33,187 nucleotides of DNA from a virus (taxonomy: Duplodnaviria > Heunggongvirae > Uroviricota > Caudoviricetes): IMG/VR virus record IMGVR_UViG_2529293223_000010; one strand, written 5' to 3'. Below, one piece after another: positions 19,600-28,628 of the stretch (position 1 is the first letter of the stretch; every line of letters starts with the position of its first letter). The translations under genes were made by a program, and so were the position numbers. The notes under the pieces are model-generated. The model saw only the letters and a program-made list of their open reading frames with translations, was not told the DNA's origin and ran no database searches.

Positions 19600-21075
19600 A
19601 TATTAGGAGCGCCAAAAAAAACTGAAAACAATATAATAACAGGATAAATTTCAAGGCGACCAAGAATCATAGCTATGCACATTAAATATTTTGCAATGTC
19701 ATTAAGCACTCCGAATGACGATGCAGTAGCCCCAAAACCTAATCCCATATTATTAATACATGCAGCCACTGTTGCAAATGATGTAAGAAAATCATATCCC
19801 ATACCATTTAACACCAGTATAAAAAACACCGTGAAGAGAGTATAAAGAAAAAGAAACTCCATACAGACCTCATGACACGATCTGTAACTATCTTCCCTCC
19901 TACATTTACACTCAACAACGCTCTGGGATGAGAAAGCTGGTTTATCTCGTGTTTGCTTTGTTTGAAAAGTATAAGAAATCGAAGTGACTTAATTCCACCA
20001 CAAGTTGAACCTACACATCCCCCAAAGAAACTTGACAACAGCAAAAACACTATCGTGTGCGTGGGCCAGTTTGCATAATCCTGCGTAGCTAAACCATTAT
20101 CAGTGAGCATGGAGCTGGCAAGAAAAAACGAATGAATAAAACTTCCAGGCAAGTCATACATACCTATATGCCAGACCTGGAAAGAGGTAACAATGATCAC
20201 CCCTAAGGCTATTAACAGAAAGAAACGAAGTTCAATATCTCTGATTAAAGGTTTTATCGTTTTCCTGCTAATAACAATATACCAAAGGGTGAAATTGAAA
20301 GCCGATAGCAGGGAAAAAGAACCAGCCACCAGCTCAACCAAATAGTTATTAAAATATCCGATACTCTCGCTATGAGTTGAGAAACCACCAAGCGAAACTG
20401 TGGATATCCCGTGACAAATAGCATCAAACAAAGGCATTCCTGCAAGTCTATAACAGACAATACAAGCAATACCTAATAAAGAATAAGTTATCCAAAGTAT
20501 CCGTGACGTATCGGCCAGGCGGGGAGTAAGTTTGTCATCCTTAAATGGCCCCGGCATTTCTGACTGATAAAGCTTTGCACCACCAATACCCAATAATGGC
20601 AATACAGCAACCGCCAGAACAATAACTCCTAAACCACCTATAAAATTTAACTGTGACCGATAGTACAAATATGCCCGAGGTAATGAACTAACATCATCAA
20701 TTACAGTTGCTCCTGTTGTTGTTATTCCAGAAACCCCTTCAAATAGAGCATCGATAAACGTTAAATTAAGTTCTGAGTCAATCCATAAAGGGAATGCACT
20801 AATAACAGAAAACAAAATCCAAAACATTACAATTATAATAAACCCATCACGGGTACGTAATTGAATACCAGATTTCTTAGTTGTATACCACGCTCCGCCA
20901 CCAATGCAAAAAATATAACGGAAGTTATAAAGAAAACGAACAGGCTTTTTTCTTTATAAAACAATGCTACAACCATTGGTGGCAACATTGAAAGACTATA
21001 GAGCCAAACCAGGAACCCACACATATGAGTAACAACTCTTACATGAGATGTATTCATATCTAAATATTCTTTCAA
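19600..21075 (-). pseudogene. trkG: TrkG/TrkH-family potassium uptake protein, disrupted by at least two frameshifts (approximate 3' limit)
   Basis: Three consecutive minus ORFs in three different frames (20833..21075, 19808..20827, 19320..19862) with polytopic TrkG-like sequence starting MNTSHVRVVTHMCGFLVWLYSL. Confidence 0.7.
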
Positions 21076-21194
21076 TTATAACCACCTTGCTGCAACATTA
21101 TGATTATACTGTATAAAATTTAACTCCTCTAAGATCTTACTTCACTGTTCCTTATGAAACAATCATCAAAATGAATCATATTGTAGTTAAGATT

Positions 21195-21659
21195 TTACTT
21201 TAAACACTGTTCGGTTATGTATTGCTGAGCACCTTCAAGTTGGGCCTGCATCATTACCAGTCGTTCCCGGAGGGTGAAATAATCCCGTTCAGCGGTGTCT
21301 GCCAGTCTGGGGGAGACTGCATTATCCACGCTGGAGGCGATGGTGGCTTCACGCACGGACGGACAGACTGCTTTGATGTGCAACCGACGACGACCAGCGG
21401 CAACATCATCACGTAGAGCATCATTTTCAGCTTTCGCATCAGCTAACTCCTTCAGGTATTTTGCATCGAGTGCAGCAACATCACGCTGGCGTATCTGCAT
21501 GTCAGTAATGATTGCGGTCGCCTGGTTGAGTTTTTCCTTCACATTATCGCGCTGCTCTTTGTAGGTAATGGCGTTATCACGGTAATGATTAGCAGCCAAT
21601 GACAGGCAGGCGATGATGCAGATAACCAGAGCGGAGATAATCGCGGTGACTCTGCTCAT
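21195..21659 (-). CDS. Rz i-spanin
   Basis: Close match to recalled lambda Rz ([16 protein letters not shown]...[19 protein letters not shown]...); start right after the endolysin stop. Confidence 0.85.
   Translation of the reverse strand: MSRVTAIISALVICIIACLSLAANHYRDNAITYKEQRDNVKEKLNQATAIITDMQIRQRDVAALDAKYLKELADAKAENDALRDDVAAGRRRLHIKAVCPSVREATIASSVDNAVSPRLADTAERDYFTLRERLVMMQAQLEGAQQYITEQCLK
21254..21439 (-). CDS. Rz1 o-spanin lipoprotein, embedded in Rz in the +1 frame
   Basis: [24 protein letters not shown]... lipobox LVVVGC and proline-rich mature region. Confidence 0.8.
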   Translation of the reverse strand: MRKLKMMLYVMMLPLVVVGCTSKQSVRPCVKPPSPPAWIMQSPPDWQTPLNGIISPSGNDW

Positions 21660-22153
21660 TGCTGCCCCCACAAACAGACTTCACGCTCAATCTCACGACG
21701 GGTCATCAGCCCTTTCCATTGCTTACCGCCAGCATATGTCCAGCGACGTAGCTGGTCACATGCGCCTTTGATATCGCCCTGGTTTATTTTGCGAAGAAGC
21801 ATCGATGTTCTGAAATTGCCAGCGCCCACGTTGTAAACGAACGAGTAAAGAGCGCCGCGCGTTGTTTCCGGTATATCGACTTTGATGTACGGGTTAATTT
21901 GTCTGGCGACAGTGGCAAGGTCTTTATTCAGGAGGGCTTTGCATTCTGCTTCGGTATACGTTTTACCGAGCATGATGTCTTTTCCGGTGTGTCCGTGGCA
22001 TACAGTCCATACGCCAACGATATCTTTGTATGGTATGTAGCTGACACCTTCCAGACCATCGTTACCACCTGGGCCAGTGATGAGCACAGACGCTATGGCA
22101 ATAGCCCCACCACCAATAGCAACTGCAACAGCCTTGCGTAATGATGGCGACAT
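21656..22153 (-). CDS. SAR endolysin (phage 21 R-type lysozyme with N-terminal signal-anchor-release domain)
   Basis: N-terminal Gly/Ala-rich SAR helix [23 protein letters not shown]; catalytic E-x8-D-x5-T triad. Confidence 0.85.
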   Translation of the reverse strand: MSPSLRKAVAVAIGGGAIAIASVLITGPGGNDGLEGVSYIPYKDIVGVWTVCHGHTGKDIMLGKTYTEAECKALLNKDLATVARQINPYIKVDIPETTRGALYSFVYNVGAGNFRTSMLLRKINQGDIKGACDQLRRWTYAGGKQWKGLMTRREIEREVCLWGQQ

Positions 22154-22368
22154 TATTCACCTCTCGCAGCCTTACGCTTATCTTCTCTTATTTTGAAATA
22201 CAGATTCGTCAGATAAGTCAGAAGCCCCAGAAGCAGACTTCCCAGCACACCAATCGCAGCCCACTGTGACGGACTGACCTGATCCAACCACTGCAAAAAC
22301 CAGTAGCCGGCACTGCCGGCGGAGGTGCCGTAGGCAATGCCTGTTGATATTTTTTCCATCTGATACAT
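22153..22368 (-). CDS. pinholin (phage 21 S-type) with dual start motif M1/M4
   Basis: [28 protein letters not shown]... two TMDs and basic C-terminus; stop overlaps endolysin start. Confidence 0.85.
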   Translation of the reverse strand: MYQMEKISTGIAYGTSAGSAGYWFLQWLDQVSPSQWAAIGVLGSLLLGLLTYLTNLYFKIREDKRKAARGE

Positions 22369-22401
22369 ATCCCGCCCCCCGACAGACCTGTGCTATCGGA
22401 A

Positions 22402-22434
22402 AGAAAAAAGGCCATCAGCAAAACTCTGATGGCC
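22402..22434 (-). terminator. rho-independent terminator just upstream of the holin gene (tR'-like position)
   Basis: Minus strand GGCCATCAG-AGTTTTG-CTGATGGCC followed by TTTTTTCTTTCC. Confidence 0.55.
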
Positions 22435-23046
22435 TGAATCACCTTTACCAATATTGTATGAAAAAACACGCACGTCTAATTGACAATAATTTTCATTTCC
22501 ATTAAAAAAGATCACGTAGCATTCTTAATTCATGAGGAACTTTACCCGCCAGCAATCTGAGTAGCGAAAGCTGTTCATCCCCAATGTTTTTGCTGGCGGG
22601 TCCTTTTTTCTACGGTCCTCCTCCCCGGAGGGGGCATTTCATTATTTTTCTAATCATTACTGGTGAGAAGGCGGAAGAAAAAGCCAGTTCTTCGCCCCTA
22701 AATAACAGCATGATTCCAGTCCATGCAAAATCTGATTTCCAGCTCACACATACCGAGCACTGTACAAAAAACCGCCAGCCAAGGCAGTTAAGAGTGTGTT
22801 CCCGGGGTTTGCTTAGAATATTTTGTAAGTTGTCCGAAGAGATATTTACAACACCAGAATGATGCATTATCAGTCCCCTGCCAGAGGTTCACTACGTAAC
22901 CTGACCGACAATGCACCATTCTGGTGCTGAAAAAAGAGCACTGGAACTGCAACAAAACAACATCACAGAACAGGAGATGGTAAGGAGTCAGACATTCCCA
23001 CACAATATTGTGTCAGTGCAAATAACAACCTTCGTCTCAAATCTCG

Positions 23047-23122
<76 letters not shown>

Positions 23123-23124
23123 AT

Positions 23125-23200
<76 letters not shown>

Positions 23201-23202
23201 CG

Positions 23203-23279
23203 CTGGCCCACCACCGAGGACTCGAACCTCGCACCGTCAACTTAGAAGGTTGATGCTCTATCCGGATGAGCTAGTGGTG
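23203..23279 (-). tRNA. tRNA-Arg (anticodon UCU, reads rare AGA)
   Basis: 77 nt, acceptor CCACCAC/GUGGUGG, anticodon stem UCAAC/GUUGA, loop CUUCUAA, T-arm CGAGG-UUCGAGU-CCUCG. Confidence 0.75.
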
Positions 23280-23280
23280 G

Positions 23281-23357
23281 TTGGTGGCCCTTGCTGGACT
23301 TGAACCAGCGACCTGGCGATTATGAGTCGCTCGCTCTGACCAACTGAGCTAAAGGGC
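23281..23357 (-). tRNA. tRNA-Ile2-like (anticodon CAU, probably lysidine-modified to read AUA; elongator Met not excluded)
   Basis: 77 nt, acceptor GGCCCUU/AAGGGCC, anticodon loop CUCAUAA, T-arm GCUGG-UUCAAGU-CCAGC resembling recalled ileX. Confidence 0.7.
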
Positions 23358-23365
23358 CGGAGGCA

Positions 23366-23395
23366 GAATAATAACCATATGTCATCACATCTGCA
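23366..23395 (-). promoter_or_regulatory. sigma70-like promoter for the tRNA cluster (TTGCAG-N17-TATTAT)
   Basis: Minus-strand -35 at 23390..23395 and -10 at 23367..23372, about 9 nt upstream of the tRNA-Ile 5' end. Confidence 0.45.
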
Positions 23396-23446
23396 AACTC
23401 ATCTGACCACCAGCACGTTTAACGTCCTGTGCCGTTTTTCAGGTAT

Positions 23447-23468
23447 AAAAAAACCCGCATAAAGCGGG
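23447..23468 (-). terminator. rho-independent terminator downstream of antirepressor-like gene 1
   Basis: Minus strand GCCCGC-TTTAT-GCGGG followed by T7. Confidence 0.55.
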
Positions 23469-23565
23469 CTCTTTCAAATGTCCATGTCTGCTATTCGCCT
23501 CGCAGTACAACTTTGCGAAGCGTACCGGAATTGAAGCAGTTTATGGCTAAAATTGCAAGAACTTT

Positions 23566-24123
23566 TTAAAGCTGCATCAGCCTTTCCACCAGTTTATCTC
23601 TGCGAACAACAAACCAACCATTGGCTCTCGCCAGTTCCAGCCATGACTCAAGGGAAATAACAATATCATCATCCCGCAACTGAATTGTGGAAACAGTGAC
23701 ACCGCCTTGCTGATAACAGAGAACTCGCGTGTCGTAACTTTTCTGGCATGAAACTGGCGTTGACGGCTCCTTTTGACTGAAATAGCAGTCTTCCAGTTTT
23801 TCGAACACATCCCACGCCTGATCGGTTTCGAGCATTTTTGCGTGGCGGGCTGCGCCGCGTTCTGTCCAGAGAATGAGGGAACGGGTTTTGGGAGAGATGG
23901 GATTTTGTGAGTAGTTTAAAGCTACCCGCAATTCTTTAAGGTCATTACCAACAACTTTGAAAAAGTGTTTCCCTTCAACGAAGCGTACTTTGTTCTCATA
24001 ATGATTCTGGCGAATACGCACCGGCTCAGTGCCGTAAAGCTGCGCCAAAAGTTCGGTGGTAATAACAGGAATCTGGTTATAGGTAACAGGGGAAAGGTTT
24101 TTGACAGAAATCTGAACAGTCAT
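23566..24123 (-). CDS. phage antirepressor-like protein (AntA/ORF6N-type N-terminal domain), paralogue 1
   Basis: 185-aa ORF; N-terminal two thirds about 80 percent identical to the 28080..28628 paralogue; conserved LILWTERGAARHAKMLETDQAW; family from memory. Confidence 0.55.
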   Translation of the reverse strand: MTVQISVKNLSPVTYNQIPVITTELLAQLYGTEPVRIRQNHYENKVRFVEGKHFFKVVGNDLKELRVALNYSQNPISPKTRSLILWTERGAARHAKMLETDQAWDVFEKLEDCYFSQKEPSTPVSCQKSYDTRVLCYQQGGVTVSTIQLRDDDIVISLESWLELARANGWFVVRRDKLVERLMQL

Positions 24124-24283
24124 AACGACCTCGCGTTTCGATGGTTTTTAACTCACCACCTGCGACGCCAATCGCTGGGTGGTGAACTGTGCAGGGTTGG
24201 CGTAACCGGTCGAAACATCCGGCGAGTCTCTCAACTCCCCCACACAGCCCACCATAAATCGCGAATGTGACTGTGCTTAGCGC

Positions 24284-24306
24284 ATAAAAAAACCGCCAGC
24301 GCGGTT
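24284..24306 (-). terminator. rho-independent terminator ending a short leader transcript (tR'-like), copy 1
   Basis: Minus strand ACCGC-GCTG-GCGGT followed by T7; about 60 nt downstream of the predicted promoter. Confidence 0.5.
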
Positions 24307-24366
24307 ATGCACCGTTTCGATATCCGGGACGCCAATCCCGACGCCAGATTTTGCTGGCGCGTGAGG

Positions 24367-24396
24367 AATATAGCCCCGGATAACAGATTGAGTCAA
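24367..24396 (-). promoter_or_regulatory. sigma70-like promoter TTGACT-N18-TATATT, copy 1 (pR'-like, directly downstream of the Q-position gene)
   Basis: -35 at 24391..24396, -10 at 24367..24372 on the minus strand; lies in a block identical to 28831..28890. Confidence 0.5.
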
Positions 24397-24947
24397 CAGA
24401 CAGTTTTTAAATCCCCGGAAGAGAATGCATCACGCATCGGCAGATAGAGCATAAACTCTGCCATTTTCAACCACGCATCTATGCGATTACGGCACGTGGC
24501 GTAACACCACTCAGGGTGTGAATCATTCAGCAATTCAGCCATTTTTCGCTTAGTCATCCCCCTCCCTTCATATCGTTGCCGGAGGATACAAATCAATCCT
24601 GGGTGTTCTGCCAGCACTTCACTAATCACCCGATCAATGCATAACGCCTCTGCATCAGTACAATGCACCAGCCAGCTTTTTTGCTTGCCGTTGATCATAT
24701 CCCGCAAAAAAGCCTCAAGTTCAGGTTTGTCCAGACCTGCTTTTTTCATCCTCCGGAGCGCCTCGTTAATTGCCGTTTTTGTCAGCTTTTTAGAGGCCAA
24801 CAACTGGTTGAACATATTCCCCGTCTTACCGCCGCCAATATACGACCAGCGCCCCCACATGCGCAGTTTTCCCTGAATCCAGACACTTTCCAGCGTGGTG
24901 AGACGAAGGTGTTCCCCGCTTTTGCCTGTATTTGTTGGGTAAATCAT
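24393..24947 (-). CDS. hypothetical phage late-region protein at the position of antiterminator Q (function unverified); start taken at internal Met MIYPTNTG
   Basis: ORF 24393..25067; start at 24947 gives a 4-nt overlap with the upstream gene; sits immediately upstream of a promoter-terminator module. Confidence 0.3.
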   Translation of the reverse strand: MIYPTNTGKSGEHLRLTTLESVWIQGKLRMWGRWSYIGGGKTGNMFNQLLASKKLTKTAINEALRRMKKAGLDKPELEAFLRDMINGKQKSWLVHCTDAEALCIDRVISEVLAEHPGLICILRQRYEGRGMTKRKMAELLNDSHPEWCYATCRNRIDAWLKMAEFMLYLPMRDAFSSGDLKTVC

Positions 24948-25234
24948 AAATAACCTTCCTTTCTCCAGATTTCTTGCGTGCGAAAAACACCTTCTGCATG
25001 CATCAGGCGTAATTCTTCTTTGGTGTAATCGCTTGTTTTTACCCGCCCGTCGATTAAATCGTGGCATGAGCTACAGGCAATCGCCGCCTGCATATCGTGT
25101 GGTTTTGTCGCTGTTCCGCACGTTCCCGCCAGTCGGTAATGCGCCAGCACAGACGTTTCCGGATCGTGATTGCAGTAGCCAGGAATTCTGACGGTGCACA
25201 TCTGCCCCCGCGCCGCTTTACGTAAATCCACCAT
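24944..25234 (-). CDS. YbcO-like nin-region protein (DUF1364-type putative nuclease)
   Basis: 96-aa ORF MVDLRKAARGQMCTVRIPGYCNHDPETSVLAHYRL... with Cys-rich pattern resembling recalled DLP12 YbcO. Confidence 0.55.
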   Translation of the reverse strand: MVDLRKAARGQMCTVRIPGYCNHDPETSVLAHYRLAGTCGTATKPHDMQAAIACSSCHDLIDGRVKTSDYTKEELRLMHAEGVFRTQEIWRKEGYL

Positions 25235-25236
25235 TA

Positions 25237-25399
25237 CGCAAACTCCAGTAGCTGCGCGGCCACATTTTCGACTTCCTCCGGAGAGGAGAATTTACGGAAC
25301 AGGATCCAGTTCCACAGCACATTCAGTACAGATTTATAAACCTGCTGAAACTCGGTTTCGTCCATGTTCGCAAATGCGATAGATTTTGCCCTGCGCCCA
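25237..25399 (-). pseudogene. C-terminal fragment of an unidentified nin-region gene, truncated by IS600 copy 3
   Basis: ORF 25234..25425 begins MSVKLRLP encoded by the IS600 terminus; only about 50 genuine codons remain. Confidence 0.4.
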
Positions 25400-25463
25400 T
25401 GAGGTAGCCTGAGTTTAACGGACACTCCTTCCTGAAATAGAATGGCATCAGAAGGAGCTAATA

Positions 25464-25766
25464 ATGAGCAGAAAAACCCAACGTTACTCTAAAGAGTTCA
25501 AAGCCGAAGCTGTCAGAACGGTTCTTGAAAATCAACTTTCGATCAGTGAAGGCGCTTCCCGATTATCCCTTCCTGAAGGCACTTTAGGACAATGGGTTAC
25601 CGCCGCCAGAAAAGGGCTCGGTACTCCTGGTTCCCGCACGGTGGCTGAACTGGAATCTGAAATTCTGCAACTGCGTAAGGCGTTAAATGAAGCTCGCCTT
25701 GAGCGAGATATATTAAAAAAAGCAACAGCGTATTTTGCACAGGAGTCGCTGAAAAATACGCGTTAA
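25464..25766 (+). CDS. IS600 OrfA
   Basis: 100-aa ORF identical to other copies. Confidence 0.9.
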   Translation: MSRKTQRYSKEFKAEAVRTVLENQLSISEGASRLSLPEGTLGQWVTAARKGLGTPGSRTVAELESEILQLRKALNEARLERDILKKATAYFAQESLKNTR

Positions 25767-25801
25767 TCGAACAATGGCGACAACAATTTCCCATTGAAGC
25801 G

Positions 25802-26620
25802 ATGTGTCAGGTATTTGGTGTATCCAGGAGCGGTTATTACAACTGGGTACAGCATGAACCCTCAGACAGAAAACAAAGTGATGAGCGGCTAAAACTGGAG
25901 ATTAAGGTGGCACATATCCGCACTCGCGAAACATATGGAACCCGGCGGCTCCAGACGGAGCTGGCAGAGAATGGCATCATCGTTGGTCGTGACCGACTGG
26001 CACGTCTTCGTAAGGAGCTAAGGCTACGCTGTAAGCAGAAACGCAAGTTCAGAGCGACTACGAACCCGAACCACAATCTGCCAGTTGCGCCAAATCTGCT
26101 GAACCAGACGTTCGCTCCTACAGCACCAAATCAGGTCTGGGTGGCGGACCTGACGTATGTTGCCACACAGGAGGGATGGTTGTACCTCGCTGGCATCAAA
26201 GATGTTTATACGTGCGAAATTGTCGGCTACGCCATGGGAGAGCGCATGACAAAAGAGCTGACAGGTAAAGCCCTGTTTATGGCGCTCAGGAGCCAGCGCC
26301 CACCTGCCGGGCTAATCCACCACTCTGATCGAGGTTCACAGTACTGCGCATACGATTACCGGGTCATACAGGAGCAGTTTGGTCTGAAAACATCAATGTC
26401 GCGTAAAGGTAACTGTTACGACAACGCTCCGATGGAAAGCTTCTGGGGAACGCTGAAAAATGAGAGCCTGAGCCACTATCGTTTTAATAACCGGGATGAA
26501 GCCATCTCAGTAATACGGGAATACATTGAGATTTTCTACAATCGTCAGCGTCGTCACTCTCGTCTGGGGAATATCTCCCCGGCAGCCTTCAGGGAAAAAT
26601 ATCATCAGATGGCTGCTTAA
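25802..26620 (+). CDS. IS600 OrfB
   Basis: 272-aa ORF identical to copy 2. Confidence 0.9.
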   Translation: MCQVFGVSRSGYYNWVQHEPSDRKQSDERLKLEIKVAHIRTRETYGTRRLQTELAENGIIVGRDRLARLRKELRLRCKQKRKFRATTNPNHNLPVAPNLLNQTFAPTAPNQVWVADLTYVATQEGWLYLAGIKDVYTCEIVGYAMGERMTKELTGKALFMALRSQRPPAGLIHHSDRGSQYCAYDYRVIQEQFGLKTSMSRKGNCYDNAPMESFWGTLKNESLSHYRFNNRDEAISVIREYIEIFYNRQRRHSRLGNISPAAFREKYHQMAA

Positions 26621-26663
26621 AAAAAGAACAAATGGTAGTGTCCGCTATTGCCAGTACACCTCA

Positions 26664-27121
26664 ATATGCTCGGTGTAAAATCCGGCCTGAATGGTTACCC
26701 ACTCGCGGAAAGCCTCAAACGACTTTAGCAATGCCGTATCACGGGTTCTGCGTGTCGCAACTGTATTCAGATATTGCTCTGCGGCTTCGCTCAGAGCTGG
26801 CGTATGTTCCCGGCCTACTGATTCACACAGGTAATCAACGAAACCGGACACCAGTTTTCGTTCGCGAGGCGTGATCGCCCCACCGACCGGAGTCCAGTAA
26901 TCGAAACCCAGTTGCAGGAGTTTGAAAAAACGCTTGTGGAATGCGTAGTTACGCACACGCTTAAAGTCTGCGTGTATCCACTCACCTATTTTGATTTGAT
27001 GCAGAAAATCGCAACTCTCCGGCGTCGCCGGGAGAAGTAATCCGGAAGAGGTTTGTTTGACCAGTTGTATATGTGCCATCGGCTTTCTCCGGTGGCACGG
27101 TGTTACACAGCAGGAGTTCAA
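26664..27121 (-). pseudogene. nin-region phage protein of unknown function, C-terminally truncated by IS600 copy 3
   Basis: ORF 26645..27121 whose last codons are encoded by the IS600 terminus. Confidence 0.4.
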
Positions 27122-27405
27122 TCCTGCTCAAGATTGTAGATGAGTTTATTCTTCAGCAAAAGCAGAAAACCAGCCTTAAAACCAATCTCTTTCAAAACCC
27201 GTAATGATGTGACAAATTCGTCCTCACGCAAAATAAAACCGTCCGTCAGAAGTCCATTACAAAAATAAAATAACACAGCACCGCTCTTCCTTTGTTGAGA
27301 TTGCAAACATCTAATGCGGCAATGGCTGACAATCGCTCCATTCTCAACGCGCACAGCATAGAGGCCATTTTCACTAAAAATTTCACGCAATTCTTCGATT
27401 TTCAT
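27118..27405 (-). CDS. small hypothetical phage protein
   Basis: 95-aa ORF whose stop overlaps the start of the downstream ORF; no recognised domain. Confidence 0.35.
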   Translation of the reverse strand: MKIEELREIFSENGLYAVRVENGAIVSHCRIRCLQSQQRKSGAVLFYFCNGLLTDGFILREDEFVTSLRVLKEIGFKAGFLLLLKNKLIYNLEQD

Positions 27406-27534
27406 CTTCAGAATCCTTCCAGATAAATAGCTCTCCCCTGTTCGGGGTCCATCCCTCTTCTCCCTGCGCGCTACTTAAGTGAGTCGATTCTATCTGCGAA
27501 GGTGCGCGAATCAAATTCACCGGAAATAAACAAC

Positions 27535-27577
27535 AAAAAACCCGCCGAAACGCTGAGAGATCACAGCGATGGGCGGG
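27535..27577 (-). terminator. rho-independent terminator of the hok mRNA
   Basis: Minus strand CCCGCC-loop-GGCGGG followed by T7, about 80 nt after the hok stop. Confidence 0.55.
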
Positions 27578-27654
27578 TTAAGTGCGGGTGCGTTGAGGAT
27601 GCCTGACACATCAGAGGTGGGCGGGGATGGGATCAGCTCCCCGCCCGGTCACTC

Positions 27655-27810
27655 TTACTTCCTGGATTCGTAGTCTACGAAGACAGCGACCTCCGTCTGG
27701 CCGGTTCGGATTCGTACCTCACAGAGGTCTTTCCTCGTTACCAGTGCCGTCACTATGACGGTTAAACAGATGACGATCAGGGCGACTAACATCGCCTTTT
27801 GCTGCTTCAT
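27655..27810 (-). CDS. hok: Hok/Gef-family type I membrane toxin (HokD/RelF-like), start taken at MKQQKAML
   Basis: MKQQKAMLVALIVICLTVIVTALVTRKDLCEVRIRTGQTEVAVF matches the recalled Hok family signature; ORF track shows an in-frame upstream extension to 27867. Confidence 0.8.
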   Translation of the reverse strand: MKQQKAMLVALIVICLTVIVTALVTRKDLCEVRIRTGQTEVAVFVDYESRK

Positions 27811-28079
27811 AGCCTGCTTCTCCTTGCCTTCCGGCACGTAAGAGGCTAACCTACATGTGTCTAGCATGAAATTGGCCTCAGATTAATGTTAAGCGTCTTG
27901 CAGGACGCGTAATGTTAACTGGGGCTTCTCATCTGCCTTTTGGTGTTCATGCCTGAGACAGATAGCCTCAAGCACCCGCAGCAATTCTACTTAACTTCCC
28001 TTTCACCGCAAATCATTTTATCCCCGGTGGTAATGTTCTCCCGATATGGGAATTCCCATATCGGGGCTAATTTAACCAG

Positions 28080-28628
28080 TTAAAGCTCCATTAATTTTCC
28101 GGCAAGTTCATCTCGCGGCATTACCAGCCATCCGCGCGATTTAAGCAACATCAGGGCTTCTTCAACCGTCACCAGCTGACCAGGCGCATAACTTCGGATG
28201 AAGGCAGTTTTATCATCACGGATCGCCAGGTGAATATCGATGTTCATTTTCCCCGTAGCCCGATCTTTCTCGTACTGGTTGAAGTAGCAGTCTTCCAATT
28301 TTTCGAATACTTCCCACGCCTGATCGGTTTCGAGCATTTTGGCGTGACGTGCTGCTCCGCGTTCTGTCCAGAGAATGAGGGAGCGAACGTTACGGGCAAT
28401 TTTCACAGACTCGCTTAAAGATAGTCTGTGCTTCATACCTCTAAGCTCATCGCCCACTAACTTATAAAAATGCTTACCTTCAATAAAACGTTCAGCGTTT
28501 CTGGCGTGATTTTGCTGAATGCGAATCGCTTCTGTGCCGTACAACTGCGCCAAAAGTTCAGTGGTAATAACAGGTATCTGGTTATGGGCGATCGGGGAGA
28601 GAGTTTCAACAGAGATTTGAGTGGTCAT
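28080..28628 (-). CDS. phage antirepressor-like protein (AntA/ORF6N-type), paralogue 2; start taken at MTTQISVETL
   Basis: ORF track start at 28760 translates the conserved 5' leader; internal Met aligns with the start of paralogue 1. Confidence 0.55.
   Translation of the reverse strand: MTTQISVETLSPIAHNQIPVITTELLAQLYGTEAIRIQQNHARNAERFIEGKHFYKLVGDELRGMKHRLSLSESVKIARNVRSLILWTERGAARHAKMLETDQAWEVFEKLEDCYFNQYEKDRATGKMNIDIHLAIRDDKTAFIRSYAPGQLVTVEEALMLLKSRGWLVMPRDELAGKLMEL

Larger units (their letters stand above)
25400..26663 (+). mobile_element. IS600 copy 3, 1264 bp, no target duplication (flanks cca / ata)
   Basis: Same inverted repeats and orfA/orfB. Confidence 0.9.

Noticed and set aside
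19320-19600. C-terminal part of the 180-aa ORF 19320..19862 as a separate gene
   Set aside because: It is the out-of-frame continuation of the trkG pseudogene; the only protein-like frame here is the startless 39-codon remnant.
22546-22600. Inverted repeat ccgccagcaa...ttgctggcgg followed by a T-run as a plus-strand terminator
   Set aside because: The loop is about 35 nt and no plus-strand gene ends upstream; more likely an RNA element of the minus-strand late leader, so it is only noted under the intergenic finding.
22369-23046. Shiga toxin genes at the tRNA-to-holin position
   Set aside because: None of the ORFs there resembles StxA or StxB in length or signal-peptide features.
27811-27867. 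In-frame N-terminal extension of hok (MLDTCRLASYVPEGKEKQA) as the true start
   Set aside because: Hok proteins are about 50 aa and begin at the MKQQKAML-type methionine; a mok frame would normally be in a different frame.
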